A DNA stretch of 64,000 nt from Bacteroidales bacterium (GCA_049969475.1 JBMFOU010000020.1:110-64109), one strand, 5' to 3'; positions 21,010 through 30,759 are shown, numbered from the stretch's first letter. A program made the numbers and translations. The notes: generated by a model not told the origin, from the letters alone.

Positions 21010-21105
21010 CACCTTTTTATTCCCTACGCCGGCATTACCCGGATCAGGTTCAAAGGGTATAATCTCAGCCCCTTTTCCCAAGGAGCACCCCTATAAGGTA
21101 TCTGT
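21010..21105 (-). promoter_or_regulatory. TPP (THI-box) riboswitch aptamer
   Basis: The minus strand reads ccttataGGGGTGCtccttgggaaaaggGGCTGAGAttatACCCtTTGAACCTGATCCGGgTAATGCCGGCGTAGGGAAtaaaaagg. All universally conserved THI-box blocks are present in order. Confidence 0.9.
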
Positions 21106-21108
21106 GTG

Positions 21109-21116
21109 CAAAGTTA
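21109..21116 (-). promoter_or_regulatory. -7 promoter box (TAacTTTG) driving the riboswitch-TonB receptor transcript
   Basis: caaagtta on +. This places the transcription start within a few nt of the riboswitch P1 5' strand. Confidence 0.55.
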
Positions 21117-21183
21117 TATCATTTTATTTACTATGACTGCAATACTCCCGAAAAAATATAATTTTGAATAAAACTTGTGATGT

Positions 21184-21606
21184 ATGAAAATTCTGATTCT
21201 CAATGGTCCGAATCTGAATTTACTAGGTATTCGGCAACCGGGTATTTATGGAAAGGAAAGGTTTGAAGATTACCTAGTGCAGCTCAGTGGTCTCTACCCT
21301 GGGGTTGAAATTGTATACCGACAGCACAATTCTGAAGGAGAAATAATCGACACCCTGCATGAATTGGGCTTTTCTGCCGATGGCATCATATTCAATCCGG
21401 GAGGTTTTACCCACACATCGGTAGCCATTGCCGATGCCATCCGCTCGATAACCACCCCTGTTGTTGAGGTTCACATCAGCCTGATTTTCGGTAGAGAACC
21501 GTATCGCCAGAAATCGTTGACAGCTCCTGCCTGCCGGGGATTTATTAGTGGTTTCGGACTCGATAGCTACCGTCTGGCGCTTGAGAGTTTTTTAATGAAA
21601 AAGTAA
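21184..21606 (+). CDS. aroQ: Type II 3-dehydroquinate dehydratase
   Basis: 140 aa. ILNGPNLNLLGIRQPGIYG, QHNSEGEIID, NPGGFTHTSVA. Confidence 0.95.
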   Translation: MKILILNGPNLNLLGIRQPGIYGKERFEDYLVQLSGLYPGVEIVYRQHNSEGEIIDTLHELGFSADGIIFNPGGFTHTSVAIADAIRSITTPVVEVHISLIFGREPYRQKSLTAPACRGFISGFGLDSYRLALESFLMKK

Positions 21607-21663
21607 AGATAAGGCAGTGCGGTTGGAAAAGTAAATGTTTGTAAATCGGACTTTAATTTTTTT

Positions 21664-22200
21664 CTATTCCTCAATTAAGTAAATCAAATTATCCTCCACT
21701 CTGTATAGCAGGGGCACCGTTGCTACCCTGGGGTATTTTTCATTAAGTCTGCGAGCTTCGGAGACGGTGAAAGTCATTTCGTTGTCAATCTCAAAGAGGG
21801 GTGCAAAATTCTGAAAATGCTCGAGAGCCCTTTCAGGGTTCCAACCTCCGTTTTTTACGAGTCCTTCCACGAAAGCCTCGCGACGGGCCGCCAGATTTAC
21901 CATACCACACTGGGTATGACCCATCAGAGCAATGTACTTTACGCCCCCCACTGCTATGGCATAGGATACTTTGAATTCCGAATAGCGGAGGTTGGCTCCT
22001 CCTGCCCTGATGATATAAGCAAACCGGTCGGGGATACGGAGTTGTTTACGGTTATCCATGCACATGCCAATGAGCAGTTCGGCTTTATCGTAAGTTTTAA
22101 AAGGTGCTCCCAGATTGTGATAGGCAATAAAGTCTGCCACTGGTGTATCGATAAGAGTAGGAGGAATGTCTGCCAGATTTTGGATGGGTTTAAGTCTCAT
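21664..22200 (-). CDS. Beta-class carbonic anhydrase-like protein
   Basis: CMDNR ... GHTQCGM zinc-ligand pattern (C-x-D-x-R ... H-x-x-C). Confidence 0.5.
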   Translation of the reverse strand: MRLKPIQNLADIPPTLIDTPVADFIAYHNLGAPFKTYDKAELLIGMCMDNRKQLRIPDRFAYIIRAGGANLRYSEFKVSYAIAVGGVKYIALMGHTQCGMVNLAARREAFVEGLVKNGGWNPERALEHFQNFAPLFEIDNEMTFTVSEARRLNEKYPRVATVPLLYRVEDNLIYLIEE

Positions 22201-22457
22201 AGGAAATTACCTTTTAGGTTAATTTAACGTTTTGGCAGTTGGAATGGTTTAATAATGGAAGGTAACTTGGATAAACGGTTTATGTGTAGGCTGTTTCAAA
22301 ATGTGAATTGAGTCACCAACAGAATAAAGGAAAGAAATTAATTAGGGATAAATTCACAGCATTTGCAGGTATGGGCGTCCAAAACTGAAAACACTTTTCG
22401 CTTTTTAAATTGCGCGTGAAATTTCGATTTGATTTATCAGGAATAATAAGGATGATA

Positions 22458-22490
22458 ACAAAAAGGCTGCCCCGGAATTCTGAGGCAGCC
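22458..22490 (-). terminator. Rho-independent terminator of rpoD
   Basis: ggctgcc (22465-22471) pairs with ggcagcc (22484-22490). On the - strand the hairpin is followed by tttttgtt. Confidence 0.65.
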
Positions 22491-22538
22491 ATTTTAGTAT
22501 GTATCCTAGTGAAGAGTGGACTCTGTGTCCCTGCTCAC

Positions 22539-23405
22539 TTAATGACCTAAATAGGCCTTTAACAGACGGGCTCTGGATGTATGTTTAAGACGTCTGATGG
22601 CTTTTTCCTTAATCTGACGAACCCTTTCTCGGGTAAGGCCAAAACGGGCACCGATTTCATCGAGCGTGAGACCATGGGTTTCACCGATACCGTAGAAGAG
22701 CCTGATCACTTCGCGTTCTTTTTCAGTAAGGCTGTTAAGCGACCTTTCTATTTCTTCTTTTAGAGATTGCTGAATCAGGGCTTCATCGGTTTCAGGGGTG
22801 TCTTCGGCTACAAAGACATCGATCAATTTAGTTTCTTCATCATCGCCGATAGGTGCGTCCATCGAAACATAGTGTGAATTGACCTTCAGCACTGCTTCAA
22901 TTTTACTTTCCGGCAGATCGAGAGCTTCTGCGATTTCGTCGGCCGAGGGCGTACGTTCGAGCTTTTGTTCAAGCAACGATGCAGCTTTTTTGATTTTGTT
23001 GAGCGAACCTACCTGGTTAAGGGGAAGCCTTACGATACGCGATTGCTCGGCCAATGCCTGCAGTATGCTCTGACGGATCCACCATACTGCGTAGGAGATG
23101 AATTTAAAACCACGGGTCTCATCGAATTTCTGCGCAGCCTTTATCAAACCTACGTTTCCTTCGTTGATAAGGTCGGGCAGCGACAGACCCTGGTTCTGAT
23201 ACTGCTTCGCAACCGAAACAACGAACCTCAGATTGGCCCTGCAGAGTTTCTCGAGGGCTTTCTGATCGCCTTCGCGGATGCGTTGCGCGAGCTTTACCTC
23301 TTCTTCGGCCGTAATCAGTTCTTCACGCCCAATGTCCTGCAAATAGACATCCAGTGAAGCCGTCTCACGGTTGGTAATGGATTTTTGAATTTTTAGTTGC
23401 CTCAT
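22539..23405 (-). CDS. rpoD: Primary RNA polymerase sigma-70 factor (short Bacteroidota type)
   Basis: 288 aa. Region 2 [35 protein letters not shown], region 3, and region 4.2 [28 protein letters not shown]. Confidence 0.93.
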   Translation of the reverse strand: MRQLKIQKSITNRETASLDVYLQDIGREELITAEEEVKLAQRIREGDQKALEKLCRANLRFVVSVAKQYQNQGLSLPDLINEGNVGLIKAAQKFDETRGFKFISYAVWWIRQSILQALAEQSRIVRLPLNQVGSLNKIKKAASLLEQKLERTPSADEIAEALDLPESKIEAVLKVNSHYVSMDAPIGDDEETKLIDVFVAEDTPETDEALIQQSLKEEIERSLNSLTEKEREVIRLFYGIGETHGLTLDEIGARFGLTRERVRQIKEKAIRRLKHTSRARLLKAYLGH

Positions 23406-23494
23406 GTTGATTTACACCCACTATTTAAGCGACTCTAAACAATCTTAATGACCCAATTGTTCAGCGTCGGGTTTATTTCAAAATGGCTAATTTA

Positions 23495-23502
23495 CAAAAT
23501 TA
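23495..23502 (-). promoter_or_regulatory. Candidate -7 box (TAatTTTG) for rpoD
   Basis: caaaatta on +, 90 nt upstream of ATG 23405. Confidence 0.35.
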
Positions 23503-23559
23503 TTCCTCACCAGTCAATAACGCCTGAAAAGTTATTTTGTTACTTCTGAGCTTCAGATT

Positions 23560-25011
23560 TTATAGTCCTAGTCCATAATAGGCTCTTACTCCGTTAGGAT
23601 AAACTCCTTCGATGAGTACGCCTCCTCGTTTGCCTCTGAGGGCATCATCTACATCTTTGGCTGAGTTAACTCTAATACGGTCGATACGGGTAATAATGAA
23701 ACCTTTTTTAATTCCAATGGATGACAGAGCGCCAGGTCTGAGCTCCACCACTTCCACCCCCGACTGAATGCCCAGCTCTTTTTTCATTTCTTCTGATACC
23801 GGTCTGAAAGCAGCCCCCAGATTTTCTAAATACGAAGGTTCTTCCTTTTTGACGCGACTGGTAGTCCCTTTTTCATTGGTCAGCACAAGGTCGTAGGTGA
23901 GAGGGGTACCTTTACGTTCTACCGTTACCGAAATCTTGTCACCAGGACTGTACTGCCCGATAACTTCAAGCAACTCAGCATTGCTGTTTACTTCGTTTCC
24001 CTGTACAGCCACTATTACATCGCCGGGTTTTATACCAGCTTTCTCTGCCGAACCATTCTCCATAACACCAGCCACATATATCCCTTTAATTTTTTCCAGG
24101 CCTTTTTCCCGGGCCAGATCTGCATCTACCTCGCGAATCTGAACTCCAATGTAAGCCCTTTGTACTTCACCATACTGCAGAAGGTCTTTCACTACCTTAC
24201 GAACGATATTGACGGGAATAGCAAATGAATAGCCGGTATAGAAACCGTTACCCGATGCTATGGCGGCGTTGATGCCCACCAGTTGGCCCCGGGTATTTAC
24301 CAACGCACCCCCGCTGTTTCCCCGATTCACTGCAGCATCGGTCTGTATGAACGACTCAATAGTATTCCCCTCCCGATCGTTCAAAATATTGATATTGCGT
24401 GCCTTAGCACTCACAATGCCTGCAGTTACCGTGCTGGTTAGATTAAAGGGATTACCCACGGCAAGCACCCATTCACCTACTTTCAGGTCGTCGCTATTTC
24501 CATAAGTCAGGTAGGGGAGATCGGTTTCTTCTATCTTAATCAAGGCCAGGTCGGTGCTGGGGTCTGTCCCAATTATTTTGGCTTCGTAAACCCTTTTGTC
24601 GTTGAGAGTTACTTCCAATTTTCGGGCATCCTGTACCACGTGATTGTTCGTTACAATATATCCCTCAGGTGAAATGATTACCCCCGACCCTGTCCCAATG
24701 AGGGCTTGTTCTTGCCGGGGCATCCCGAAGGGATTGAAAAAATCTCCAAAAAAGTCATCGTAGAAAAAGTTTTTACGGGCAAACTCTGCCTTAATATGTA
24801 CCACGGCATGAACCGACAGGTTGGCAGCTTCCACAAAATCAGGTGCCATCATCGGAGCACTGGCCGTCAAACTGGCTCGCTGTACGGGTATTTCCTGACG
24901 GGTTTGTATTAAAGCGCTTTTTTTAAGTGATGTAAAATGGGTATACAAGCCCAAAGAAACGAGTCCACCTAAAATTGCCATGGCAAGCATTCCTGCATAT
25001 TTCTTCAACAT
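23560..25011 (-). CDS. HtrA/DegP/DegQ family periplasmic serine endoprotease with two PDZ domains
   Basis: Catalytic TNNHVV (His), DLALIKI (Asp) and GNSGGALVN (Ser), followed by two PDZ-like segments. Confidence 0.9.
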   Translation of the reverse strand: MLKKYAGMLAMAILGGLVSLGLYTHFTSLKKSALIQTRQEIPVQRASLTASAPMMAPDFVEAANLSVHAVVHIKAEFARKNFFYDDFFGDFFNPFGMPRQEQALIGTGSGVIISPEGYIVTNNHVVQDARKLEVTLNDKRVYEAKIIGTDPSTDLALIKIEETDLPYLTYGNSDDLKVGEWVLAVGNPFNLTSTVTAGIVSAKARNINILNDREGNTIESFIQTDAAVNRGNSGGALVNTRGQLVGINAAIASGNGFYTGYSFAIPVNIVRKVVKDLLQYGEVQRAYIGVQIREVDADLAREKGLEKIKGIYVAGVMENGSAEKAGIKPGDVIVAVQGNEVNSNAELLEVIGQYSPGDKISVTVERKGTPLTYDLVLTNEKGTTSRVKKEEPSYLENLGAAFRPVSEEMKKELGIQSGVEVVELRPGALSSIGIKKGFIITRIDRIRVNSAKDVDDALRGKRGGVLIEGVYPNGVRAYYGLGL

Positions 25012-25202
25012 AATTACCTCCTTTTTTAAGTGATGGATTTTTAATGGGTTATAACTTTTAAATTGAATACAAACCAGCGAATGACTACCAAATTTTGTAC
25101 CCCTTTAGCTTTCGCATTAATTTCGCAGTGGGAAAATAACCGTAAGTTTATTTGTAAATAGATAATATTCAGTATTTTAAATAATTGGTTAAAAACAGTT
25201 AA

Positions 25203-25997
25203 ATGAAGCTAAAGTTTTTTAAATTTCATGGAGCCGGCAATGACTTCATTCTCATTGATAACAGGACTGACTTTTTTTCAGATGACCCGGCTATCATACG
25301 CAGACTTTGCACCCGGCGATTTGGGGTTGGTGCTGACGGACTGATTTTACTGAATCAGGACCCGGAAGCCGATTTTTATATGAAATATTATAATGCGGAT
25401 GGAAGTTTGGCTCAAATGTGTGGTAACGGAGGACGTTGCGTGGCTTCCTTTGCCTATTGGCTCGGAGGGTTTGGTACAAAGCTCAGGTTTAAGGCGGCCG
25501 ATGGTATGCATACTGCTGAAATTCTTAAGGTAGAAGATAAGTTTTTTCACGTCAGATTGTCTTTGCTTGATGTTGAGCAAATCCATATAGAGAAGCGGGA
25601 TTATCTGCTAAATACCGGTGTTCCCCATTTTGTTCGTTTTCTGAGAAACGTCCCCGATGAAGATTTGGATGTGGTTTCAGAGGGCAGGAGCATCCGCTAC
25701 AACGAGCGTTTTATGCCCGATGGGGTGAATGTTAATTTTGTTTCTGAGATTTTCGATGGCATTTATGTGCGAACCTATGAGCGAGGCGTGGAAGACGAGA
25801 CCCTGAGCTGTGGCACCGGGGTTACGGCATCGGCCATAGCCTGGGCCCTGGAGCAAGGATTAAGTCAGGGTCCGGTTAAGGTAACCACACGGGGAGGCTT
25901 TCTTGAAGTCGATTTCAAACTGGAAGGTAATCGGGCGGAGGAGGTATTCCTTACCGGCCCCGTCGAGTTGGTTTATGAAGCAGAAACCTGGATTTAA
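25203..25997 (+). CDS. dapF: Diaminopimelate epimerase
   Basis: FHGAGNDFILID. The two catalytic Cys lie in MCGNGGRC and LSCGTGVTA. Confidence 0.93.
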   Translation: MKLKFFKFHGAGNDFILIDNRTDFFSDDPAIIRRLCTRRFGVGADGLILLNQDPEADFYMKYYNADGSLAQMCGNGGRCVASFAYWLGGFGTKLRFKAADGMHTAEILKVEDKFFHVRLSLLDVEQIHIEKRDYLLNTGVPHFVRFLRNVPDEDLDVVSEGRSIRYNERFMPDGVNVNFVSEIFDGIYVRTYERGVEDETLSCGTGVTASAIAWALEQGLSQGPVKVTTRGGFLEVDFKLEGNRAEEVFLTGPVELVYEAETWI

Positions 25998-26006
25998 TCC
26001 CTGACT

Positions 26007-26540
26007 ATGGAAGGAAAACTGGTACGACTCAGGGCTCTCGAACTTGATGATGCCCGGTTTATATACACATGGGAAAACCAGCCCGACCTTTGGCGGGTTA
26101 GTCAGGTGCCTGGGCCTTACAGCCTATCAGCTATTCAGGAATATGTAAAAAATGCCATGACCCATGATATCCTGGCCATGAAGCAGGCCCGGTTTATGAT
26201 TGAGCGACTGGAGGATAACCAGCGTATTGGCATGATTGATCTGTTTGATATTGATATGATTAACAGCAGGGCGGGCATTGGCATCATGATTGATCCCCGG
26301 GCGCGCAAACAGGGATATGCTTCGGATGCCCTCCGCCTGATTGTCAGATACGGATTCGAACATCTAAAACTTCATCAGCTCTATGCTGAGGTGGATTTAC
26401 TCAACGAGGTCAGTCTGAAGTTGTTTAAATCTGCAGGCTTCGAAATCACCGGCTGTAAAAAAGACTGGGTGAAAGTAGGCCAGGGCTGGGAAGATGTGAT
26501 GGTTTTCCAGATAATTAATTTGGGCCAAGTGGAAGATTGA
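26007..26540 (+). CDS. GNAT family N-acetyltransferase (RimJ/RimL-like)
   Basis: 177 aa. Acetyl-CoA binding region RKQGYASDALRLIVRYGFEHLKLHQLYAEV. Confidence 0.75.
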   Translation: MEGKLVRLRALELDDARFIYTWENQPDLWRVSQVPGPYSLSAIQEYVKNAMTHDILAMKQARFMIERLEDNQRIGMIDLFDIDMINSRAGIGIMIDPRARKQGYASDALRLIVRYGFEHLKLHQLYAEVDLLNEVSLKLFKSAGFEITGCKKDWVKVGQGWEDVMVFQIINLGQVED

Positions 26541-26551
26541 AACTAAATTTT

Positions 26552-27628
26552 ATGCTAAGTCGTTCAGGCAAAGAATATTATTCAAAGCCCCGTTCGCGAT
26601 ATAAGCGCTTGATTTTGTGGAGTCTGATGTCTACCCTTGGAATAGCTCTGATGGTCTTATTTTTCCTGGTGAAGGCTTTATTGTTGCCCAATGTAAGAGT
26701 TAAAGAGGGAGAGACCACCTTTATAAATATAAGAACCGGAAGTAGTTACGATGATTTGAAAGCAGCTTTGTACGAAAAAGACCTGATTCGCGACCGCGGA
26801 ACGTTTGAATGGGTGGCTCGCAGGCAAGGTCTGGATAAGAGGGTAAAACCGGGTCGCTATCGTTTACGTGACGGAATGTCGAACTTGCAATTGGTTCGCA
26901 TGCTGATGGGTGGGCATCAGGAACCAGTTCGCCTGGTTTTCAATAGTATACGAACTAAGGAACAATTGGCAGGCCGTATCGCCGCCCAGATTGAGGCAGA
27001 TTCGGTAGAATTGCTCCAATTGCTCAACGATTCGGTTTTTCTAAAGAAATGGGGTGTCAGGCCTGAGACTGCCTTTGCATTGTTTATTCCTAATACCTAC
27101 GAAGTTTGGTGGAATACTTCTGCCTCTGCATTTATCGAACGCATGGCACATGAGGCCAATAAATTCTGGAACGAAGCCCGGCTTCAGAAAGCTAAACAGA
27201 CAGGGCTTTCGCGCATACAGGTGGTTACCCTGGCTTCCATCATCGAGCAGGAAACCAATAAAAATGATGAAAAGGCCCGTATAGCCGGAGTTTATATTAA
27301 CCGACTTCGCTCGGGTTGGCCCCTGCAGGCCGATCCTACGCTGAAATTTGCCCACGGCGATTGGTCGATTAAACGCATACGAAAAGTCCATACCGAAATA
27401 GATTCACCCTATAACACTTATAAATTCCCGGGTTTGCCTCCTGGTCCCATATGCGTCCCCTCCATCGCCTCGATAGATGCTGTGCTCAATTATGAGAAAA
27501 ACGATTACTATTATTTTTGCGCTCGCGAGGACATGTCGGGCTATCATGTGTTTTCTTCCACCTACCAACAGCATCAACAAAACGCCGAGCGCTACCGCCG
27601 GGCCCTCAACCGGTTGGGGATTAATTAA
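26552..27628 (+). CDS. mltG: Endolytic murein transglycosylase MltG (YceG-like)
   Basis: N-terminal TM. ASIIEQETNKNDEKARIAGVYINRL catalytic Glu region, PYNTYKFPGLPPGPICVPS. The ORF-track start 26537 is TTG. The first ATG is 26552. Confidence 0.88.
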   Translation: MLSRSGKEYYSKPRSRYKRLILWSLMSTLGIALMVLFFLVKALLLPNVRVKEGETTFINIRTGSSYDDLKAALYEKDLIRDRGTFEWVARRQGLDKRVKPGRYRLRDGMSNLQLVRMLMGGHQEPVRLVFNSIRTKEQLAGRIAAQIEADSVELLQLLNDSVFLKKWGVRPETAFALFIPNTYEVWWNTSASAFIERMAHEANKFWNEARLQKAKQTGLSRIQVVTLASIIEQETNKNDEKARIAGVYINRLRSGWPLQADPTLKFAHGDWSIKRIRKVHTEIDSPYNTYKFPGLPPGPICVPSIASIDAVLNYEKNDYYYFCAREDMSGYHVFSSTYQQHQQNAERYRRALNRLGIN

Positions 27629-27637
27629 AGAATTGAT

Positions 27638-28333
27638 TTAAAGCTCGCTGATTTTTTCCAGTTTTTCAAAATTCAGTATCGTAAATTTTTTGCCATTGGT
27701 GGCAATAAGGCCCTCGTCTTTGAAATCTTTCAATATGCGAATAACGCTTTCACTGGCCAGCCCGGTTAGATCGGCAAGGTCGTTGCGCGAAATGGCCAGA
27801 TGAAACTCCCTGGCCTTGTATACTCTTTTCGAGAGGCAAAGCAGAATATCGGCCACACGGCTGTGCGATTGTTTCATTGTTAAACAAAAAAATCTTCCGT
27901 AGACAAGCGCCGTGTCTTCGTTAAGAATATTTATGATTTTCAATGCAAATTGCGGATTAGAACTTAGCAACTCTTTGAAAATGTTAATGTCGATCTGGCT
28001 TACCAATGAATCGGTGTAGGTAGCTACGGAATAAATGAATTGGTTGTTGCCGTCGTAAATGGACGGCAATCCTATAAGATGATTAGAAGGAACGATTTTA
28101 AGAATCAGATCTTTAGGACGACCTTCCAAAAAAACCTTAACAAGGCCTTCATCCAAAAAAATGATGTGAGAGGCTAAGCTTCCTTGCTTGGCTATGGTTT
28201 CTCCTTTTTTATATCTGATTTGAATCCGGTTCAAACGCACCAGTTCCTTCTGGTCAGGGGTGAGTAGATCGAAGCAACTCGTGTGTTGGTTTTCCAGAAA
28301 ACAAGAAGGACCTTTCAAATAATTGCTTTCCAT
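27638..28333 (-). CDS. Crp/Fnr family transcriptional regulator
   Basis: cNMP-binding beta-roll plus C-terminal HTH ISRNDLADLTGLASESVIRILKDFKDEGLI. The ORF-track TTG start (28354) lies inside a -7 promoter box, so ATG 28333 (MESNYLK) was chosen. Confidence 0.8.
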   Translation of the reverse strand: MESNYLKGPSCFLENQHTSCFDLLTPDQKELVRLNRIQIRYKKGETIAKQGSLASHIIFLDEGLVKVFLEGRPKDLILKIVPSNHLIGLPSIYDGNNQFIYSVATYTDSLVSQIDINIFKELLSSNPQFALKIINILNEDTALVYGRFFCLTMKQSHSRVADILLCLSKRVYKAREFHLAISRNDLADLTGLASESVIRILKDFKDEGLIATNGKKFTILNFEKLEKISEL

Positions 28334-28351
28334 CTGCGCATTTTGAATATG

Positions 28352-28359
28352 CAAATATA
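28352..28359 (-). promoter_or_regulatory. -7 promoter box (TAtaTTTG) for the Crp/Fnr gene
   Basis: caaatata on +, 19 nt upstream of ATG 28333. Confidence 0.5.
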
Positions 28360-28526
28360 GTAATAAGTTATAGAATGTAAATCATTCATATACAGTGAGT
28401 AATATTTTGAGGGTTATTTTGCGTCTGTTTAAAAATTGATTTAAGTCAGTTTTTTAGTTGACACAAAAGATTGATTTTAATTTTGAATATCAGTAAGTTA
28501 AAGGTGCTTTGACGGATAGTACCATT

Positions 28527-28534
28527 TACCTTTG
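28527..28534 (+). promoter_or_regulatory. -7 promoter box (TAccTTTG) for the rhodanese-porin-rhodanese operon
   Basis: tacctttg, 57 nt upstream of ATG 28591 and only 12 nt upstream of the ORF-track GTG at 28546. Confidence 0.5.
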
Positions 28535-28590
28535 CGTTACCACTCGTGAACGTTCAAACTCTTTTTACTAACCTTAAAAATCAATCACCT

Positions 28591-29580
28591 ATGAACAGAT
28601 TTGCTAAATTTTTCCTCTTTGTGGCATTGGTGCCAGCCCTGGTACTTACTAGCTGCAAAAAGTCGGACGACAACACCCAAACGGGTAATTTTGAAACCTT
28701 AAAATCATACCTGGTAGCGCAGGGTATGGATTTACCTGCTTTGCTCGATAAGTGGGCCATTGATGCCAAGCTGACTACCGATGGCGGAATTGTTGACCCC
28801 ACAGATCATTCCATTCCCGGTTATTATGTTTTCGATTTACGTTCAGCTACCGATTTTGCTGCTGGCCACATTAAAGGAGCTATAAATGTTGCGCTGAAAG
28901 ATGTGGTTACTGCAGCCCAGGGTAAGACAGACAAACCCATTTTACTGGTTTGCTATACCGGACAAAATGCTGCCGTAGCATGCGCAGCTCTTAGGCTTTC
29001 CGGTTTCAAGGATGCCAAAATATTGAAGTTTGGAATGGCTGCCTGGAATGAGGCTTTCCAGGGACCGTGGATGAACGCAAAAGGTAACATTGCTGTAGGA
29101 AATGCCAATTGGGTATTCGATGCTGCTCCCGCACCCGTTGCTTACAACAAACCTTCCTGGACATCCACAGCAACCGATGGAAAGACCCTTCTCGACCAGA
29201 AAATCGCTGAAGTATTAAATGCTGGTCTGCAAGGGGTAAATGCATCGGATGTATTGGCAAATCCTGCCAACTACACCATTATCAATTTCTGGCCCGAAGC
29301 AGATTATACTACTTTCGGACATTTTGCAGGTGCATTTGATATTCCTAAAATCTCTATCGAAGGCGATGAAATTAAATACATCAATCCCGATAAAGAAGTG
29401 CTGATTTATTGCTATACGGGAATGACTTCGGCCTTTGTAACCACCTACTTAAATGTTTTGGGCTATAAAACCAAGGGTATCAAGTTTGGAGCTAATGCTC
29501 TGGTTTATGACGCCTTGAAAGATGCATCAAAAACTGTATATAAAGGACCGGCCGGTTACAGCTACGTTACCGGTAACTAA
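28591..29580 (+). CDS. Lipoprotein with two rhodanese domains (both retain the active-site Cys)
   Basis: Lipobox LVLTSC after MNRFAKFFLFVALVPA. Rhodanese loops LLVCYTGQNAA and LIYCYTGMTSA. Confidence 0.75.
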   Translation: MNRFAKFFLFVALVPALVLTSCKKSDDNTQTGNFETLKSYLVAQGMDLPALLDKWAIDAKLTTDGGIVDPTDHSIPGYYVFDLRSATDFAAGHIKGAINVALKDVVTAAQGKTDKPILLVCYTGQNAAVACAALRLSGFKDAKILKFGMAAWNEAFQGPWMNAKGNIAVGNANWVFDAAPAPVAYNKPSWTSTATDGKTLLDQKIAEVLNAGLQGVNASDVLANPANYTIINFWPEADYTTFGHFAGAFDIPKISIEGDEIKYINPDKEVLIYCYTGMTSAFVTTYLNVLGYKTKGIKFGANALVYDALKDASKTVYKGPAGYSYVTGN

Positions 29581-29661
29581 CCCGTTCATAGGGTGGTGGG
29601 GGTGGTTTTGTTGCCACCCCTTTTCAAAGTTTATTTCAGAACACTCATAATACGTTCAATT

Positions 29662-30759
29662 ATGCGAAAAATATTTCTCAGCTTCATTCTAATAACCGGT
29701 GTTTTTATTTCGGGATACAGTCAGGGTTGCGTTGAACCCTTGGGTGGTAGTAGCGATGGAGCTAAAATCATCGGTTATCTGCAACCTCAGTTCGATTATC
29801 ATTTTTATGGCAAAAGCTCCAGTGGTAAGTCTCTCGATCAGAGTACATTCAAGTTTAACAGGGCGCGCATTGGCGTTGCCGGTAGTATTCCCTATGATGT
29901 AGAGTACTATGTTTTATTGGAAGCTAGTCCCAATGCTTACGGACATCCCTATTTGCTCGATGCTTTTGTGTCTTATACCCGTTTGGGCCCCTATGCCAGG
30001 TTTAGTTTAGGCTCTTTTAAATCGCCCATAAGCCTTGAACTGAACACTCCTTGCAATGCTCTTTATACCATAAATCGTTCGATGGTGGTTGACGAGCTGA
30101 CACCCAACCGCGACCTGGGATTTATGGTGCTGGGCTCGACGGATACCTTGAATCTTTTTGGCTTACAGACAGTCAATCTTTTTAAATACAGCCTATCGGT
30201 TTCCAATGGCACAGGAGTGTTGGGACTCGATAACAACAACGGGAAAACCTACTCAGGCCGTGTTGTATTTACTCCTTGGAAACACTTGAGTCTGGGTGCA
30301 AGTTATTTATTCGGAAAATACAAAGCAGCTGATCCCTCGGCCACGCAGGACGACGAGAAATCCCGTTATGGTTTCGATGCTGAATTCAAGTATGGAAACC
30401 TTCTGATTCAGGGAGAATACCTGCATGGTGACGATAAAGGGAGCTACACTGTAGGAGGTGGATGCGGGTCGACACCCGAGATACGCACCGGAAGCGTGCT
30501 GCGTGATGGTTATTTCGTCATGGCTGCTTATTCCACACCCTGGAATTTGCAACCAGTCGTTAAGTTTGAAACCTACGACCCCAACAAAGACGCGGCTTCC
30601 AACACCGACCGCCAGAATATTATCACATTCGGTCTCAATTACTTCCTCAACGATTGGACCCGTATTCAACTTAACTATCTCTACAAGGCAGAAGAAACCG
30701 CTGCCGTGGAGAAACCCAATGACTGCATTTTGTTGCAGGTTCAGGTAAAAATCAAGTAA
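29662..30759 (+). CDS. Outer-membrane porin (phosphate-selective porin O/P-like)
   Basis: Signal peptide MRKIFLSFILITGVFISGYSQ. Alternating beta-strand pattern, RIQLNYLY, C-terminal LLQVQVKIK. Start moved from GTG 29593 to ATG 29662. Confidence 0.6.
   Translation: MRKIFLSFILITGVFISGYSQGCVEPLGGSSDGAKIIGYLQPQFDYHFYGKSSSGKSLDQSTFKFNRARIGVAGSIPYDVEYYVLLEASPNAYGHPYLLDAFVSYTRLGPYARFSLGSFKSPISLELNTPCNALYTINRSMVVDELTPNRDLGFMVLGSTDTLNLFGLQTVNLFKYSLSVSNGTGVLGLDNNNGKTYSGRVVFTPWKHLSLGASYLFGKYKAADPSATQDDEKSRYGFDAEFKYGNLLIQGEYLHGDDKGSYTVGGGCGSTPEIRTGSVLRDGYFVMAAYSTPWNLQPVVKFETYDPNKDAASNTDRQNIITFGLNYFLNDWTRIQLNYLYKAEETAAVEKPNDCILLQVQVKIK

Noticed and set aside
22201-22457. About 260 nt of non-coding DNA between the carbonic-anhydrase-like gene and the rpoD terminator, examined for a small RNA, riboswitch or -7 box.
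   Set aside because: No conserved RNA motif, stable hairpin or TAnnTTTG box was found by eye, and nothing can be claimed without expression data.
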